Origin: Tubulanus polymorphus
Taxonomy: Eukaryota; Animalia; Nemertea
Length of the DNA: 64,000 bases
Direction of reading: 5' to 3'
NCBI RefSeq assembly: GCF_964204645.1
Contig: NC_134025.1
Coordinates: 20,621,101 to 20,685,100, forward strand
This document shows, piece after piece, positions 1-11,927 of this stretch. Every line of letters begins with the position of its first letter. Within the stretch, counting starts at the first letter, position 1. The notes under the pieces were generated by a model. The model ran no database searches. It was given only the letters and a program-made list of their open reading frames with translations, and was not told the origin of the DNA. Made by a program: the position numbers and the translations under genes.

Positions 1-111
1 TATTGGTCGTTTTCTACTTGTAAATAGTCCGATAGTTTATTTTAGTTTTTTCTCGGGTAGATGTTGATATAGAAGTCCTCTAAGTTGATTGTCCTGCGTT
101 TTGACTAGATA
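1..111 (-). repeat. Unclassified dispersed repeat, inverted copy of 5444-5555
   Basis: The reverse complement of 1-111 aligns with 5444-5555 (tatctagtcaa..ggacaatcaacttagaggact..aaaacgaccaa). No protein family recognised. Confidence 0.7.
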
Positions 112-619
112 GAAAGGAAGCACATTTCGAAACGAAATTTTCCAGCAAATTTTTCTGATTTCCGGTCCTAGGGTATCCGAAGTGTAGTTGTATGACATCG
201 ACGGTGCAGCTCCGATGAGGATGGGTTTCTCCGTCAAGGGGTGCGCAGTTGATACTTCACATCTGGTGCTGAGTTTGCCTATAAGTAAAAGTTGTACACA
301 GGGAGCAGTTTTGTGTTTCTAATATACAGTGCATAGTTAGGTCCGTGGATGCGTCGCAATCAAACGGACAGTGCTATGCGCATTGATAGACCGTCAGTAA
401 GTAAGCGGCACAGGCACGTGATTATTAAATACATGTTTGCACACTTACGTATATACAGTCTTGATCGAGTTTTATTTACATTGCCACGATTAGGTTTTTG
501 GTAAGTTTTTGATGAGACCGATGTCCAGAGACAACCTTCCAGCCACCATTGCGCGCAGATAGACTGTGCTTGCTATCCCGAAGCCAAAAACGGAAGCAGC
601 GTTCCAGCTTTAAATGATG

Positions 620-975
620 TATATAAACGACCAATAAGGATATTTTGTATACCAACAATTAAGTGGAAATGACCGGCGACCAGTCTAGTCCCAATATTAA
701 TGACGTAGCACGCATACACTTGCACATTACCCTAATTATCATGAAAATTCATTAATATGAAAACATGAAAATTTATTGAATAAAGAATAAAAGTCATGAA
801 ATTTAATTAATTACGAAATAAACACCAATATTCACAATTCAAAGTTCATAATTTGAACGCCAATATTGATGAATTTGAGCATATCGACTCATACACTATT
901 CCCTTAGATTTTGAGCATATCGAGTCAACCCCCTTAGATTTTGAGCATATCGACTCATACACTACCCCTTAGATT
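620..975. repeat. Dispersed repeat ending in three tandem 30-37 bp units
   Basis: 620-905 matches 33030-33275 in inverted orientation and partly 4190-4250. The unit ttttgagcatatcgactcatacacta..cccttaga occurs 3 times at 873-975. Confidence 0.65.
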
Positions 976-3229
976 AGGCATAGAAGTTAGCAACGTACAA
1001 ATACATTTTTGTAACGGTTTTTACGGCGTCAAATAACTCCGGCGATAACTAACGATTTGTGCTAATGAAAAGTCACTACCGCCACACTGCCTTTCGGATG
1101 AAATCATATTCTGAAAATGAAACGCCGTGCTTATACTACTGGACATCTTGTTAATCAAAATTGGAACTTAGATCCCGAGCAGTGTTGTAATGAAATATTG
1201 TTTAGTTTCTAACAACACTCATTCGGAAGTAGAATATTAGTTGTGTATAGGATTTCTGCGTGAATAATGCATGAGACGCCTTATATTTATGGCCTGCTTT
1301 GTGTCATGCGGAGTTCGTAAGATGGTACAAATTGCATCCTTTTCATTACGGCTCCCCGTATGAAAATTCCGACCGAGTCGCCTAAAAAGCCAACTCGTAA
1401 TATTGCAGACATTTGGGAAATGCGGTATCCGTGTAAATTTTTGATTTGTTCCACTGCTGAGGCAAAATTCAATATATTTGGATAAGTGGTTAGATGCGTG
1501 TTGAATGTGCGATTATGCGGGCCACAGAGTACGTGCCCTTCGCATTTGGTTTTCCACGAATATTATTATTACCTCGCCCAGGCCACCTAAGAGAAGGATA
1601 GGATAATTCTATTTCGTGGCAAAGGCATGCTGCAATGAGAGTTAAAAGATAATCGGCAGTGTAGGTCTGTATATGCACGAAATCCGTGATGGTGTCAAGT
1701 TGATATTAAGTTTCGCTGCATGTTTGAAAATGACACCTCCTCCAACATAGGACACGTAACAAAATCCATTAACTGCTTGGAGGAAAGTATAGTTGGTAGA
1801 TCAGTTTCAGACCAAAGCTGGGATTCGCCGTGGTTATGGAACGTAGTGTTAACCACCTTGGTTTAAGTATAGTGAAATAAGAATGAATAGGAAAATATTG
1901 ATTCCATTGATATACTATATGAGAAATTCTATTGTAATTCTCGAGTTTATTTATTTTTCCTTCTGCGCAAGAACCATAAAAACGTCGATTTCTTGTGATT
2001 CATTTCATGAAATTATCAGGATGTGTACAGATTTTTGAATCGCAAAAATTGCACGTGAGGTTTTGACGGGCCTTTCCGTTCGTCCGGAAGGGAGTATTTT
2101 ACATTTTTCAATTTTTGAAGTAAAAAAGTCGGGTGATCGTGTGAATATGGAAAAAAAATTATTTTTGGGATTTCAATTTGGTGTCAGCTGGAAGTCATAG
2201 CTAGCAACCTGTGGTAAATTGTTGTCATATGAAAATATACTATATAAGAATGGAAAATGTATGGACGAATATTTGCCTTCTAATACTAAGGAAAAAAAAT
2301 TGATACATTGTTTCCCTTTTTTTGCTGAGCTTAAAGTTGACCCGGACGGTCGCTTATTTACCCTGCACATTATTTGTTTTTAAATCATGACCAAGCCAAC
2401 CAAACTTAACCCGGCAGTTATAGAACAAAACAAACTGATTACAAATTTTAATATAGCTTACAAAATGACTCGGCCGATTAGGATAAACAAGGTATCATTT
2501 AATTTTAGCCTAAACTCAAAGCTTTTCTCTTTTGAATTTTGACCCCCTTGAAGTTCTTTATTATCGAGCATAACGTATATTCGATGATGCACAAAGCTTC
2601 TCCGGATTCTTACTCGCTTCATCGGTTCAAATATTCCTTATCTTCGAGGTTCGATTGATTTCTTTTCCTGTAACATCGCATTCTTTATCGCACCCGTCAG
2701 ACGGTTTCAGACGGAATAGAGGATATTAATTTCTTTTTGTCTTAGTACACGGTGCGTTTAATCCGCAGCCGACACACGATGATGAAGTCCGGTAATGAAT
2801 ATATCTGCTTCGTCGTCGTTCCCGACCTGCTGACCTAGAACTAGGTAGGTGTAGATGGCGTCAATTCTTCATTAGAACTCATTAAATACGCGTTAACCGG
2901 AATTTCATTGTATTCGAACAGTCCCATCGTCATCGTTCTCCGACGGGATTACATAGTCGTTAAAATTGATCGTAGTCAATATCGCGGCATCAATAGATAT
3001 TCGTCGTGTGGAGGAATTAATTTGACGGCGGCGACGACGCGAACTGCAATCTTTCGAATACCGACCTGGCACAGATTCGCATGAACCATCTTCGACGAAT
3101 ATATGTCGGATTGAATATAAGAAAACCCGCAGAAATCGATAACAAATAGTAGTATGTATTTGAGAAGTAAGGATCAGATTATCTAATCTGACACGATTGA
3201 TAAAACACTTTATCCGTGTTGAAGCAATG

Positions 3230-3453
3230 TAGAGAGAATCCCACAATAATAACGAAAAACACTCCGAAAATGTTACTTTGAACTAGTAGTTTATTCCGTT
3301 TTGACTATATCCTAAAAGCCATCTTCAGGAATAAGTTAAGTTCCATTTTTCCCGAAGATGACTATTAGGATATAGTCGAAACGTTGAATAAACTACTTGC
3401 TCAAGTAACATTTTCGGACTGTTTTTTTCGGTATTATTGTGGTATTCTCTCTA
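3230..3453. mobile_element. Head-to-head pair of Penelope-like terminal fragments, each with a minimal hammerhead motif
   Basis: About 100-bp inverted arms (3230-3330 and 3350-3453). Consensus CUGAAGA-U-GACUAU..AUAGUC-GAAACGUU-GAAUAAA. Confidence 0.7.
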
Positions 3454-3554
3454 AATATATATTGATGATATTCGTAAAATCCGTTTCGCTTAATCGACGA
3501 CTCCTAAAACGTTTAAGACGAGTTTCAACTTTCAATGTGGACAAATAAGTCGAC

Positions 3555-4680
3555 AAAAAGTAGATATGGGGGAAACATTCAGCTACTTCGATACAGAGAT
3601 TTAAGAAAGTACACAAATTGGAATAAAAGAAACCATATTCTTATTTAGCCAGTGGACTTGTCGTGAAATATCATGCAGAAAATGCAGGTGATGAAGTGTG
3701 ATATCTACCATCACAAAAATGTGATGATAACGCAAGAAGTGTCCGAGTTGCGTTCAACAACAAAATGGTGATTGCTCGGTACGCATGTAGGCCCCTGCCT
3801 GCAGTAGACGAGAAAACTAACTTGTCAGTTTACTGGGGCTGATCCAGGGGCAGACTTTGTCGGGAGCGCATGAATGAAAAGGGCGCACACCGGTACAGTG
3901 AAAAGGGGCAAGTAAGTATCCACGCAGCCAAAACGGGTTTGGAAAATTTTGAAATTTTAGTGCACTTTATGCAACTTCTAGTCACTTGTTAAAGATGTTG
4001 TATTTCCAAAAGGGCACGGCCGGGATATAGCGACAGGAGGGCGTGCTCCTTGTACTGCCGTCTGGATCTGCCCCTGCAAGTTCATTGACACCTTGCAGAA
4101 ATAAAATACATATATATTGCCTAAGATTATCGACCATGAATAAAACAATAGAATATTTGGGATCATAAAGATATTTGGAATGCGAATATATCGAAAATTG
4201 ACCGGCAACCAGTCTAACCGGAATTGATGACATAGTTCACATCGACTCACAAAATACCGCATACATAACGCCTAGGAGTTATCAATGTATGAAAACATTT
4301 TAAGGCCTAAAACGGTTTTACCTCGTCAAAAAGCTACCATTGTATCTCTGTGAAAGATACAGCGTGAATGAGGACAGAATATTTTTTTAATGATGTAATA
4401 TTCAAACCTAACACGGACAAATAAAACCAGTTTCTGTAGAGGAGACAAATATATTGAAAATGAAAAATATTCACACCGTAAGATTATAACTGAAACTCGC
4501 AATGACAATAGATGCGCTACAATGAATTAGCCATAGAATGAAAATTCGGCAAAATATATTTACATTTTGAATTCCATGAATGGAAGAGCGTTTATGCACG
4601 AAGTTCCTGTTAGAATGTTAGAATTATTTTTTGAAAATTATATCGAAAACAACGAACTTCAAAGTTCTAAGGACTCGGTT
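3555..4680 (+). mobile_element. Old, interrupted copy of the foldback transposon family seen at 61209-62953
   Basis: 3560-3810 resembles 62045-62325 (atctaccatcacaaaaa, acgcaagaagtgt). 4330-4680 resembles 62330-62680. Confidence 0.55.
3833..4076. mobile_element. hAT-like MITE nested in the old foldback copy
   Basis: TIRs ctggggctgatccag and ctggatctgcccctg. TSD is degenerate. Confidence 0.55.
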
Positions 4681-4733
4681 CCACAGTTGTGAGTAAGAGT
4701 TTTCAATGTGTAACTCACGGTCAAATCTTTTAA

Positions 4734-4935
4734 ATCTGTTTGTTTGGCGCACGAGCTTTCACTATTAATGTATAGAAGCTTCATCAGGTGAATGAAAAGT
4801 GGATATGGGGGAAATATTCAGCTATTTCGGTAAAAAGATGTAAGAAATTCACCTGATGAAGCTTCTATACATTAAAGTAGCGAAAGCTTGTGCATCAAAT
4901 AAATAGATAACCATATATAGTACTACTCGTCTCGT
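4734..4935. mobile_element. Second head-to-head pair of Penelope-like hammerhead fragments
   Basis: Both arms start attcacctgatgaagcttctatacattaa (minus strand from 4793, plus strand from 4847). The plus arm reads CAC-CUGAUGA-A-GCUUCU..AGUAGC-GAAA-GCUU-GUG. A third family member is at 29118. Confidence 0.75.
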
Positions 4936-6961
4936 TATTTACATAAATCGATACAATTTTTTCTCGAATTCAGTTTTGAATTGGTTTAGGAGTTAATCAT
5001 CTATGTGAAACTGGTCCCCCGAACTGTGGGCCTGGGTCCTGACTTGTATCTCAGGCCGCTAAAATTTTCCTGCTTTTTCAAATGTCGCATTCATGGCACA
5101 TTATTTCAAATTCAAGCAATGAATTTTGTTTTATTTAACTAAAAACTCGCATGGTTAGAATCTTACCTAATTTGCCAAAATCCATCACAGGACCGGTGAA
5201 GTATGTGTAAGACAACACACATCACAAATAGCTATAAGCAAAGAGAACAAAGACTCATTAATACAGGACAAAAATACCCGAGTACCCTTTTTCTGTATTT
5301 ATGTAGTTCTGTATGGTGGGTGATTCAGGTCATCTTGAAACATTTTCGGTGTGCAGATTAAGGTGACAAAATGCCAACATGAAAATGACAGAAACTTCCG
5401 AAAGAGTTATTTTCAGGTGATTTGAACGCACTTAAACATGGGGTATCTAGTCAACACGCGGGACAATCAACTTAGAGGACTTTCTACATCAACATCTACC
5501 CGAGAAAAAACTACATTAAACTATCGGACTATTTACACATAGAAAACGACCAAAAATATAAAATGATCTTCAACCTAGTAATATAGCTATTTCCAAAATT
5601 TCGATGTATTAAATTAGGCAGCCAGAAAAAACTCACCCCAATCAGTCGCTTGCTGGTTCAGACTGGTTGGAAGATTGTTTGAATGAACGGGAACCGAATT
5701 TCCCAATTATGTAGTTCGATTTAAACAAAAACTGGACCGCCGATCACACAACTATATCTGTACTTCGATTTCCGGTTTCAAAATCAAACCCCCGTTTCGC
5801 TCCCGGCAGGTGTGCTGGGTCTGTCAGGGACACTCAATCAAAAATATCAAACATAATTTACCAGTCAAATAAAAACAGGGACAATCCCCAATTTTAAGAT
5901 TAAAAAACATGAGGTATATGTGTAATATTTTTTCGTGAAATATCAAAATGCTGGATATCTGAAAATGTCAACTATATCAATAAATCATCCTTTCGAATAC
6001 GTTTCAGCTTCTAATTATAGTTTAAAACCGCACGGGCGTTGGCGATACTAGAATGAATTGGTTCTCGGTAACAGCTGCTAATGGTGTTCCCTTTCTGAAA
6101 AGAGATACTCATTATGGATGTATGATTTTGACAATAAAATGGTAATACTTTCACTTGTCTGGCGATAAACAACACGGATGATATTACCCTCAAGACTTAC
6201 TACATGCTAATTGCTTTCCATAAAACTAACTACCGTTCACACCCATATCAAATGTACACATAACAGAATAAGGTGTTGATCATTTTTTTTTGTGATGACC
6301 AAAAACGCCCACTCCAAGAGTTTTAAGTAGTTCAAAATTCATTTTTAAATGTTGATTTACTGAATCGATTTGTTTCAGATATTCCTTATCAAATTTATCG
6401 ATTCTGTTCGTTTTCACGGGGTAAAACTAAACTGATCGAGGATCATAATCAACAACAAGCGTATATTTTTAGCAAGTCGAAGCCTTTTGAATTTTTCATT
6501 TGTGACGACGGCTGTTCGCGGCTCGATTTTACGCGGCAGGTTTCTTCGTGTCAACGTCACAAATTAGAGCATGACGCGGGGATTGGCGAAAAAAGATCTA
6601 GTGCAGTTGATCGAGTACAGCAAAAATTTCATTACGCTCAAACTGGATCAGGTTTTGGTTGAGTCAAGTGTTATCGTAGAATCAGCCTGTCTGTCTAGTT
6701 TTTGACAGCCTATCATCTCCGCGATGGCTTATTTCTAAAATTGCCTTTTCTCGATTTGAGCCGATTTGACATTTCCAGACACAAACAATTCGAGACTAAG
6801 AAACTTGAAGAAACTATCGTCGAGAAATCTCGCATCCAAAATCAGATTCACCCAAATTTCGGGCTGTAGGGTCTTGCCGAATCATGGCGTGATGGCTATA
6901 ATTCTTCTGAAAAATCATGATGCGTTACTTAGGTTTTTTGTTATAAGTAGCTGTGTTAACA

Positions 6962-7141
6962 GAAAAAACAATAAACGCGAGAAATCCCACAATAAATATA
7001 GCCAAAACGAGAAACCTGAATAGAAGAGTAATATATATTTACGCAACGTTTTCGGCTAAAGACTATTATCCGTCATCAGGCGTACGATTATTCATCATAC
7101 ACGGATATTGTGTTTTCTTCTCGTCTCATCAAGAACAATAA
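6962..7141 (-). mobile_element. Penelope-like terminal fragment with minimal hammerhead motif
   Basis: Minus strand 7084-7040 reads UACGC-CUGAUGA-C-GGAUAA..UUAGCC-GAAAACGUU-GCGUA. Flanked by direct repeat gtgttaaca (6953-6961, 7142-7150). Confidence 0.6.
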
Positions 7142-7258
7142 GTGTTAACAATAATAAGTTTTCTGAAAAGACATTATTAGCAATACAGTCGATAAACAGT
7201 GAAATTACTACTAAAAGATAATTTGCAAAATCTTACCATTGAAGAGTACAAAATTAAA

Positions 7259-7680
7259 TTATTATTATCATCTTTATTCTTGAATAGATTACAGTTAATT
7301 ATAAAATGGTAATACACCTCATAAGTTACATAATGTACATACTGGTTACATTTATAACAACTGTAATAACTCAGCAAGGTTTCAGAAAAAGCTAGAGGCA
7401 TGTATGCCCTGAAACCTTATCCCTACCCTTCCCAAAACAACATTCACTCTCACACTCACTGAACATATTATATTTATATACATGCATGTATCCAGCGCAT
7501 GTTATTGATACATCTAGTTGTTAGGATTAACTTTAATCGAAAATGATTCCAAAAAAATTTCATCTAATAATTAGAAAGCAAAAAATCTTTGTATTTTCTT
7601 TTTAAAATGTGTATTGACTTAGATTCTGTTATTTCTTTTTCTAAATTATTCCATAATTTGGGTCCTTTGATTTTGATACA
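7259..7680 (-). mobile_element. Short 5'-truncated L2/Crack LINE remnant
   Basis: Minus 7680-7567 translates CIKIKGPKLWNNLEKEITESKSIHILKRKYKDFLLSNY*, homologous to the C-terminus of ORF 11996-13936. It is followed by a 3' UTR, AATAAA and an (AAT)n-like tail. Confidence 0.75.
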
Positions 7681-8454
7681 ACGATAAGCTATGTTATATG
7701 CGCTGATGATAAATAGTAAGTAATAAAATTACTCGAATCGAACGGTAAAACAAAAATTGTGCTTCAGTCTTTTGAAAGAACATTATTAGCAGCAATGCAG
7801 TAAATGAACGGTTAGATTACTACCGAAACATGATCCATGAAATGTTACTTAGGAAGAGTACGAAGTGAAATAGAACGATAAACTATGAGATATGCGCTGA
7901 TAATAAATACTCATAAATGATACAGTTACTTTATGTCGAATTTAGAATTCAAAACAACGTCATTTCCAGAACGTTCAGATTCTTTCTTTACTCAATCATT
8001 CACCAACGCGTGATTCAGTTGCGTTTTGATCAACTGATCAGTGGTTTCAATCGGCATGGATTCCTTAATCGTCGACTCGATGAAGACTCTGTACGGGACA
8101 CAATGCTAAATAGCAGGCATCCGTCTCTATCAGTGACAGTCGCGTGGCGGTTCGAGTCGAAATTAACTCTGATTTACAATAATGTCATCGATTACCGCGA
8201 AGTCCAATTTAAACTGGGGCCGACTGAGTAATTGAATTAAATCCAGTACGTTCTTAGCAAATATGCCGAGGCTAGTTTAACGAATTTTACGCCAGAAAGC
8301 TAGTTTTGCTTTTGCTTTTCTGGGCACCCAATGTTAGTCTAAAACAGATGTCGCGTGACATACTTGCATCATTTCAAATTAATATTCAATATTCAGTCAA
8401 CATCTGCGATTTATGCGAACTTTCGATAAACTCTACCCTGGTTTAGACTGTTAC

Positions 8455-9120
8455 ATCTATCTTATATATATTGAATATATAGAATCGAATGTGTGGTGTA
8501 GAAGTTAGGATCCTGTATTCTGATAAAGTTTTTCCTGATTCCAGTATACTGATTTTCGCTGTATCTGAAATCACAACGGAATGACGAGGGCGAAGCGTGG
8601 AATAATGACTTATATATTTCGTGTATTATATTTCGATATATAGAATCGATTGCTTGGATTAAGATCATGCTATCGTGTAGTTTTTCCCGCGTTCAGTATC
8701 AGGTTTTCACGTCATCGAAGCTTTCAGCTGTATCTGAAATCAGAACGGATTTACGTAGGTCGAAGTGTGGGATATTCATTCATATTTCATAATTATCTCA
8801 TATATCTTAATATGTAGAATCGAATGCATGACGAGATTGAGATCATGGTCTAGTTTTTCTCTAGTCCAGTATACAGGTTTTCGCTTAATGATAGCTTTGC
8901 TCCATCTGAAATCAGAACGGATTTACGTAGGCCAAAGCGTGGGGTATTCACAATATATATTTCATGATAATTTCATATATTTCGATCTATAAAATCGAAT
9001 GCTCGGTGCGATTAGGATCCAACTATAGTGTAGTTTTTCCTGAATCCTGTTTGTACAGGTTTTTGCTTAATCAAAGCTTTGCTCTATCTAAAATCACGAC
9101 GGAATAACGTAGGCCAAAGG
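8455..9120. repeat. Degenerate tandem array, about 4 units of 170-182 bp
   Basis: Motif tatctgaaatcagaacggatttacgtagg recurs near 8561, 8731, 8903 and 9085. Confidence 0.8.
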
Positions 9121-9129
9121 AAATTGAAA

Positions 9130-9757
9130 GTTCTCCCGAACATGCAACCGGCGCGATGTTTCGTCGATGAATTACCGCGGAATCGGACTTTTTCCAATCG
9201 TTTTTATCGTTCGACATCGTAAACCGACCGTAAAGCATAGTATCGGTCTTCTTAAGCAACGAAACGAACCGAGCGATTATTGGCGATAAACCCACCACAA
9301 TAGATCCACACGTCGAAAAACCTATCACCGCGGCAAACATTAAAACGAAACCTGATGCAAGTTCTATCGGCGAGATCTTTTTGTCTGGAAATTGTTGCGT
9401 TGATTAAAACGCTCGTTTTACTCGGTGGAAATCAGATACACCTCGCCGTCGTCTCAACAACGTTTCGTTGCCAAGTTCCAATCAGGCGCGGCGTTGATTC
9501 GGACTCGGCTTGTTGTTGATAAGGTGAAGCGCGTGTATTGCGCAGAATCGTGCAGTTTTACGCGTGGTTCCCGCATCTTCTGGTCGACGTGAATTCACTG
9601 TCGTCGTCAGCCAGCATCCGTTGCGGACTGATTAAAAAAAGTTGCGCGCTTGTGATTATTTTCGTTTGTTGCAATATAGTGGATTAAAAGCGTAGATACT
9701 TCGATGCATCACTGATCAAGTGTGGTTATGTTCACTGATACTGGACAGGTATTAAAG
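9130..9757 (+). promoter_or_regulatory. Possible promoter and non-coding first exon (host gene unproven, perhaps the GPCR)
   Basis: CpG-dense block ending in a consensus donor aag|gtaag at 9757. Inference only. Confidence 0.25.
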
Positions 9758-9831
9758 GTAAGAAGTCTTAGAATATATAAGTGCCACATACTATGAAATA
9801 CGTTAGAAATATTTCAAATACTATCATTTTG

Positions 9832-10231
9832 TATGGTGGCCGATTCAGGCCATATAAAAAATATATACGTCGATATAACACTTAATCTTTTTTAATTTTC
9901 TTTTTAATTTTTACACTTTTCGTTTTAACGCCAGGTTTAAACTAGCTGTTTCGCTCCTTTGGTGGGTTTGTAAGGGACACCAAATTAAAACAAAACCAAC
10001 GAAATCTAACAATGAAATAAATAACTAACTAACTAACAGGGTTAGTCCCTATTTCAAGATAAGATAAAGGACCAGGCTTTCATTTTAACGTTACGTGAAA
10101 ACCAACTTTTCGTTTAAACTTCATTCTTGTTTTCGTTTTAACTAAAACCAATTTTTCGTTTTAAGTTGTTTTTAACGTGGCATTGAGACGAGAAACTGGT
10201 TAAATTATCGTGGCCCGAATCAGCCACCATA
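9832..10231. mobile_element. MITE, TIR TATGGTGGCTGATTCGGGCCA family
   Basis: tatggtggccgattcaggcca ... tggcccgaatcagccaccata. Other members at 5312, 45382-45660, 58359 and 60321-60457. Confidence 0.8.
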
Positions 10232-10286
10232 TTCATTCATGTTTATTTTTCGAAAATTAAAACGACGTCGACAGCTTACAACCCGG

Positions 10287-10440
<154 letters not shown>

Positions 10441-11353
10441 TTTAATACAATCGTGTGTATAAATCAAATGATGAAGGGGATGGATGTCGGCGATAGCCAG
10501 GCGTGTCACGCAGCTGCAATATCCGCGAATTTTTCAAGGTATCTGATCATTCTCAATATAACAATAAATTATTCAGTACAATAAAACATCGACGTATTCT
10601 TAATGAAAACTAATTGTGTGTAGTACATGCTGTGGCGCGTGGGTTCGTACGTAGATTTCACCGAAAGCAGTTTTATCGTATATTTACTAGTACTGGATGT
10701 TTATATTGTTTGCAGTGTCGCCATGAATGGAATCGTGTTTGTAATATTTACGACGGCGAGGGACCAGGCAATAAGATAGTTTGGTCGTAAAATCTGTCGT
10801 CGTAACACGCAAAGGAAGGGAAGACTGGTGGGGCATTCATAGTCTGGAGCTATCCTGACGTAATCCCCGTTCGTTTTCAATGGTTAGCTTTAGAATATGA
10901 TTTAATCGACATTCGAGTAGTTGTAGCTTTTCGTATATACTTCGAATAAATATAGACCTTGCACAATTTACGACTCCCGCCTTCAACCAACATCTGCGAC
11001 TTGAAGCCTGCAGCTGACTATATCATGAACCGACATTTTAATCAGCTTGACAGCTTTTGCCTCCAACGCTACTGAAAATCTCTATGTTAGAGATAGAAAA
11101 AATGTTTGAAAAATACGCGGAAATTCAAACTTATTGTCTGCACCTTGACACACGCGGGAAGGCGATTTTCCACCAAAGTAGATCACAGCTGTTCGGTGGA
11201 TGGACAATTCCAGACGTTAGAAAATGGAAAAGTATTCGACTATGATTTCAAATCAATATCCTTTTTTTATTCGCTCGGCCCATCGTCTCAACAGTTCGAC
11301 AATTGTCAGTTCGACTCAAATTTTAACCGACGGCTTATGAACTGATAGTTGCT

Positions 11354-11513
<160 letters not shown>

Positions 11514-11627
11514 TTTTATAACGTGTAATTGATCTGGTTCGATCCCAGACTTCTTAAGAATTCCTCAAAATATTGACGACTGCATACATGGTTTGGTGAA
11601 GTGTTAGGGGTCTTCGGCAACATGATG

Positions 11628-11871
11628 ATTATTATTATTATTATTATTCTTTATTCACGAATTGAATTACACTAGAAAATTACAACAAGATAATATAATA
11701 AAATAATGTAATTCAAGTCGATGGACACCAGGAGAAGTTACAAACTTATATCCATAAAACATGGCCCTGGCGCCCATAGAAATCAAACACACGCACGCAC
11801 ACACACACACATGTACACAACCCTGCACCACAACACTCACGCATACGCATACGCACGCACGCATACGCATA

Positions 11872-11927
<56 letters not shown>

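Noticed and set aside
873-975. 30-37 bp repeats as a CRISPR array
   Set aside because: Units are contiguous with no spacers, there are no cas genes, and the context is eukaryotic.
9575-9615. Minus-strand CUGACGA followed by a hairpin
   Set aside because: GAAA is replaced by GACC, and there is no stem I or III.
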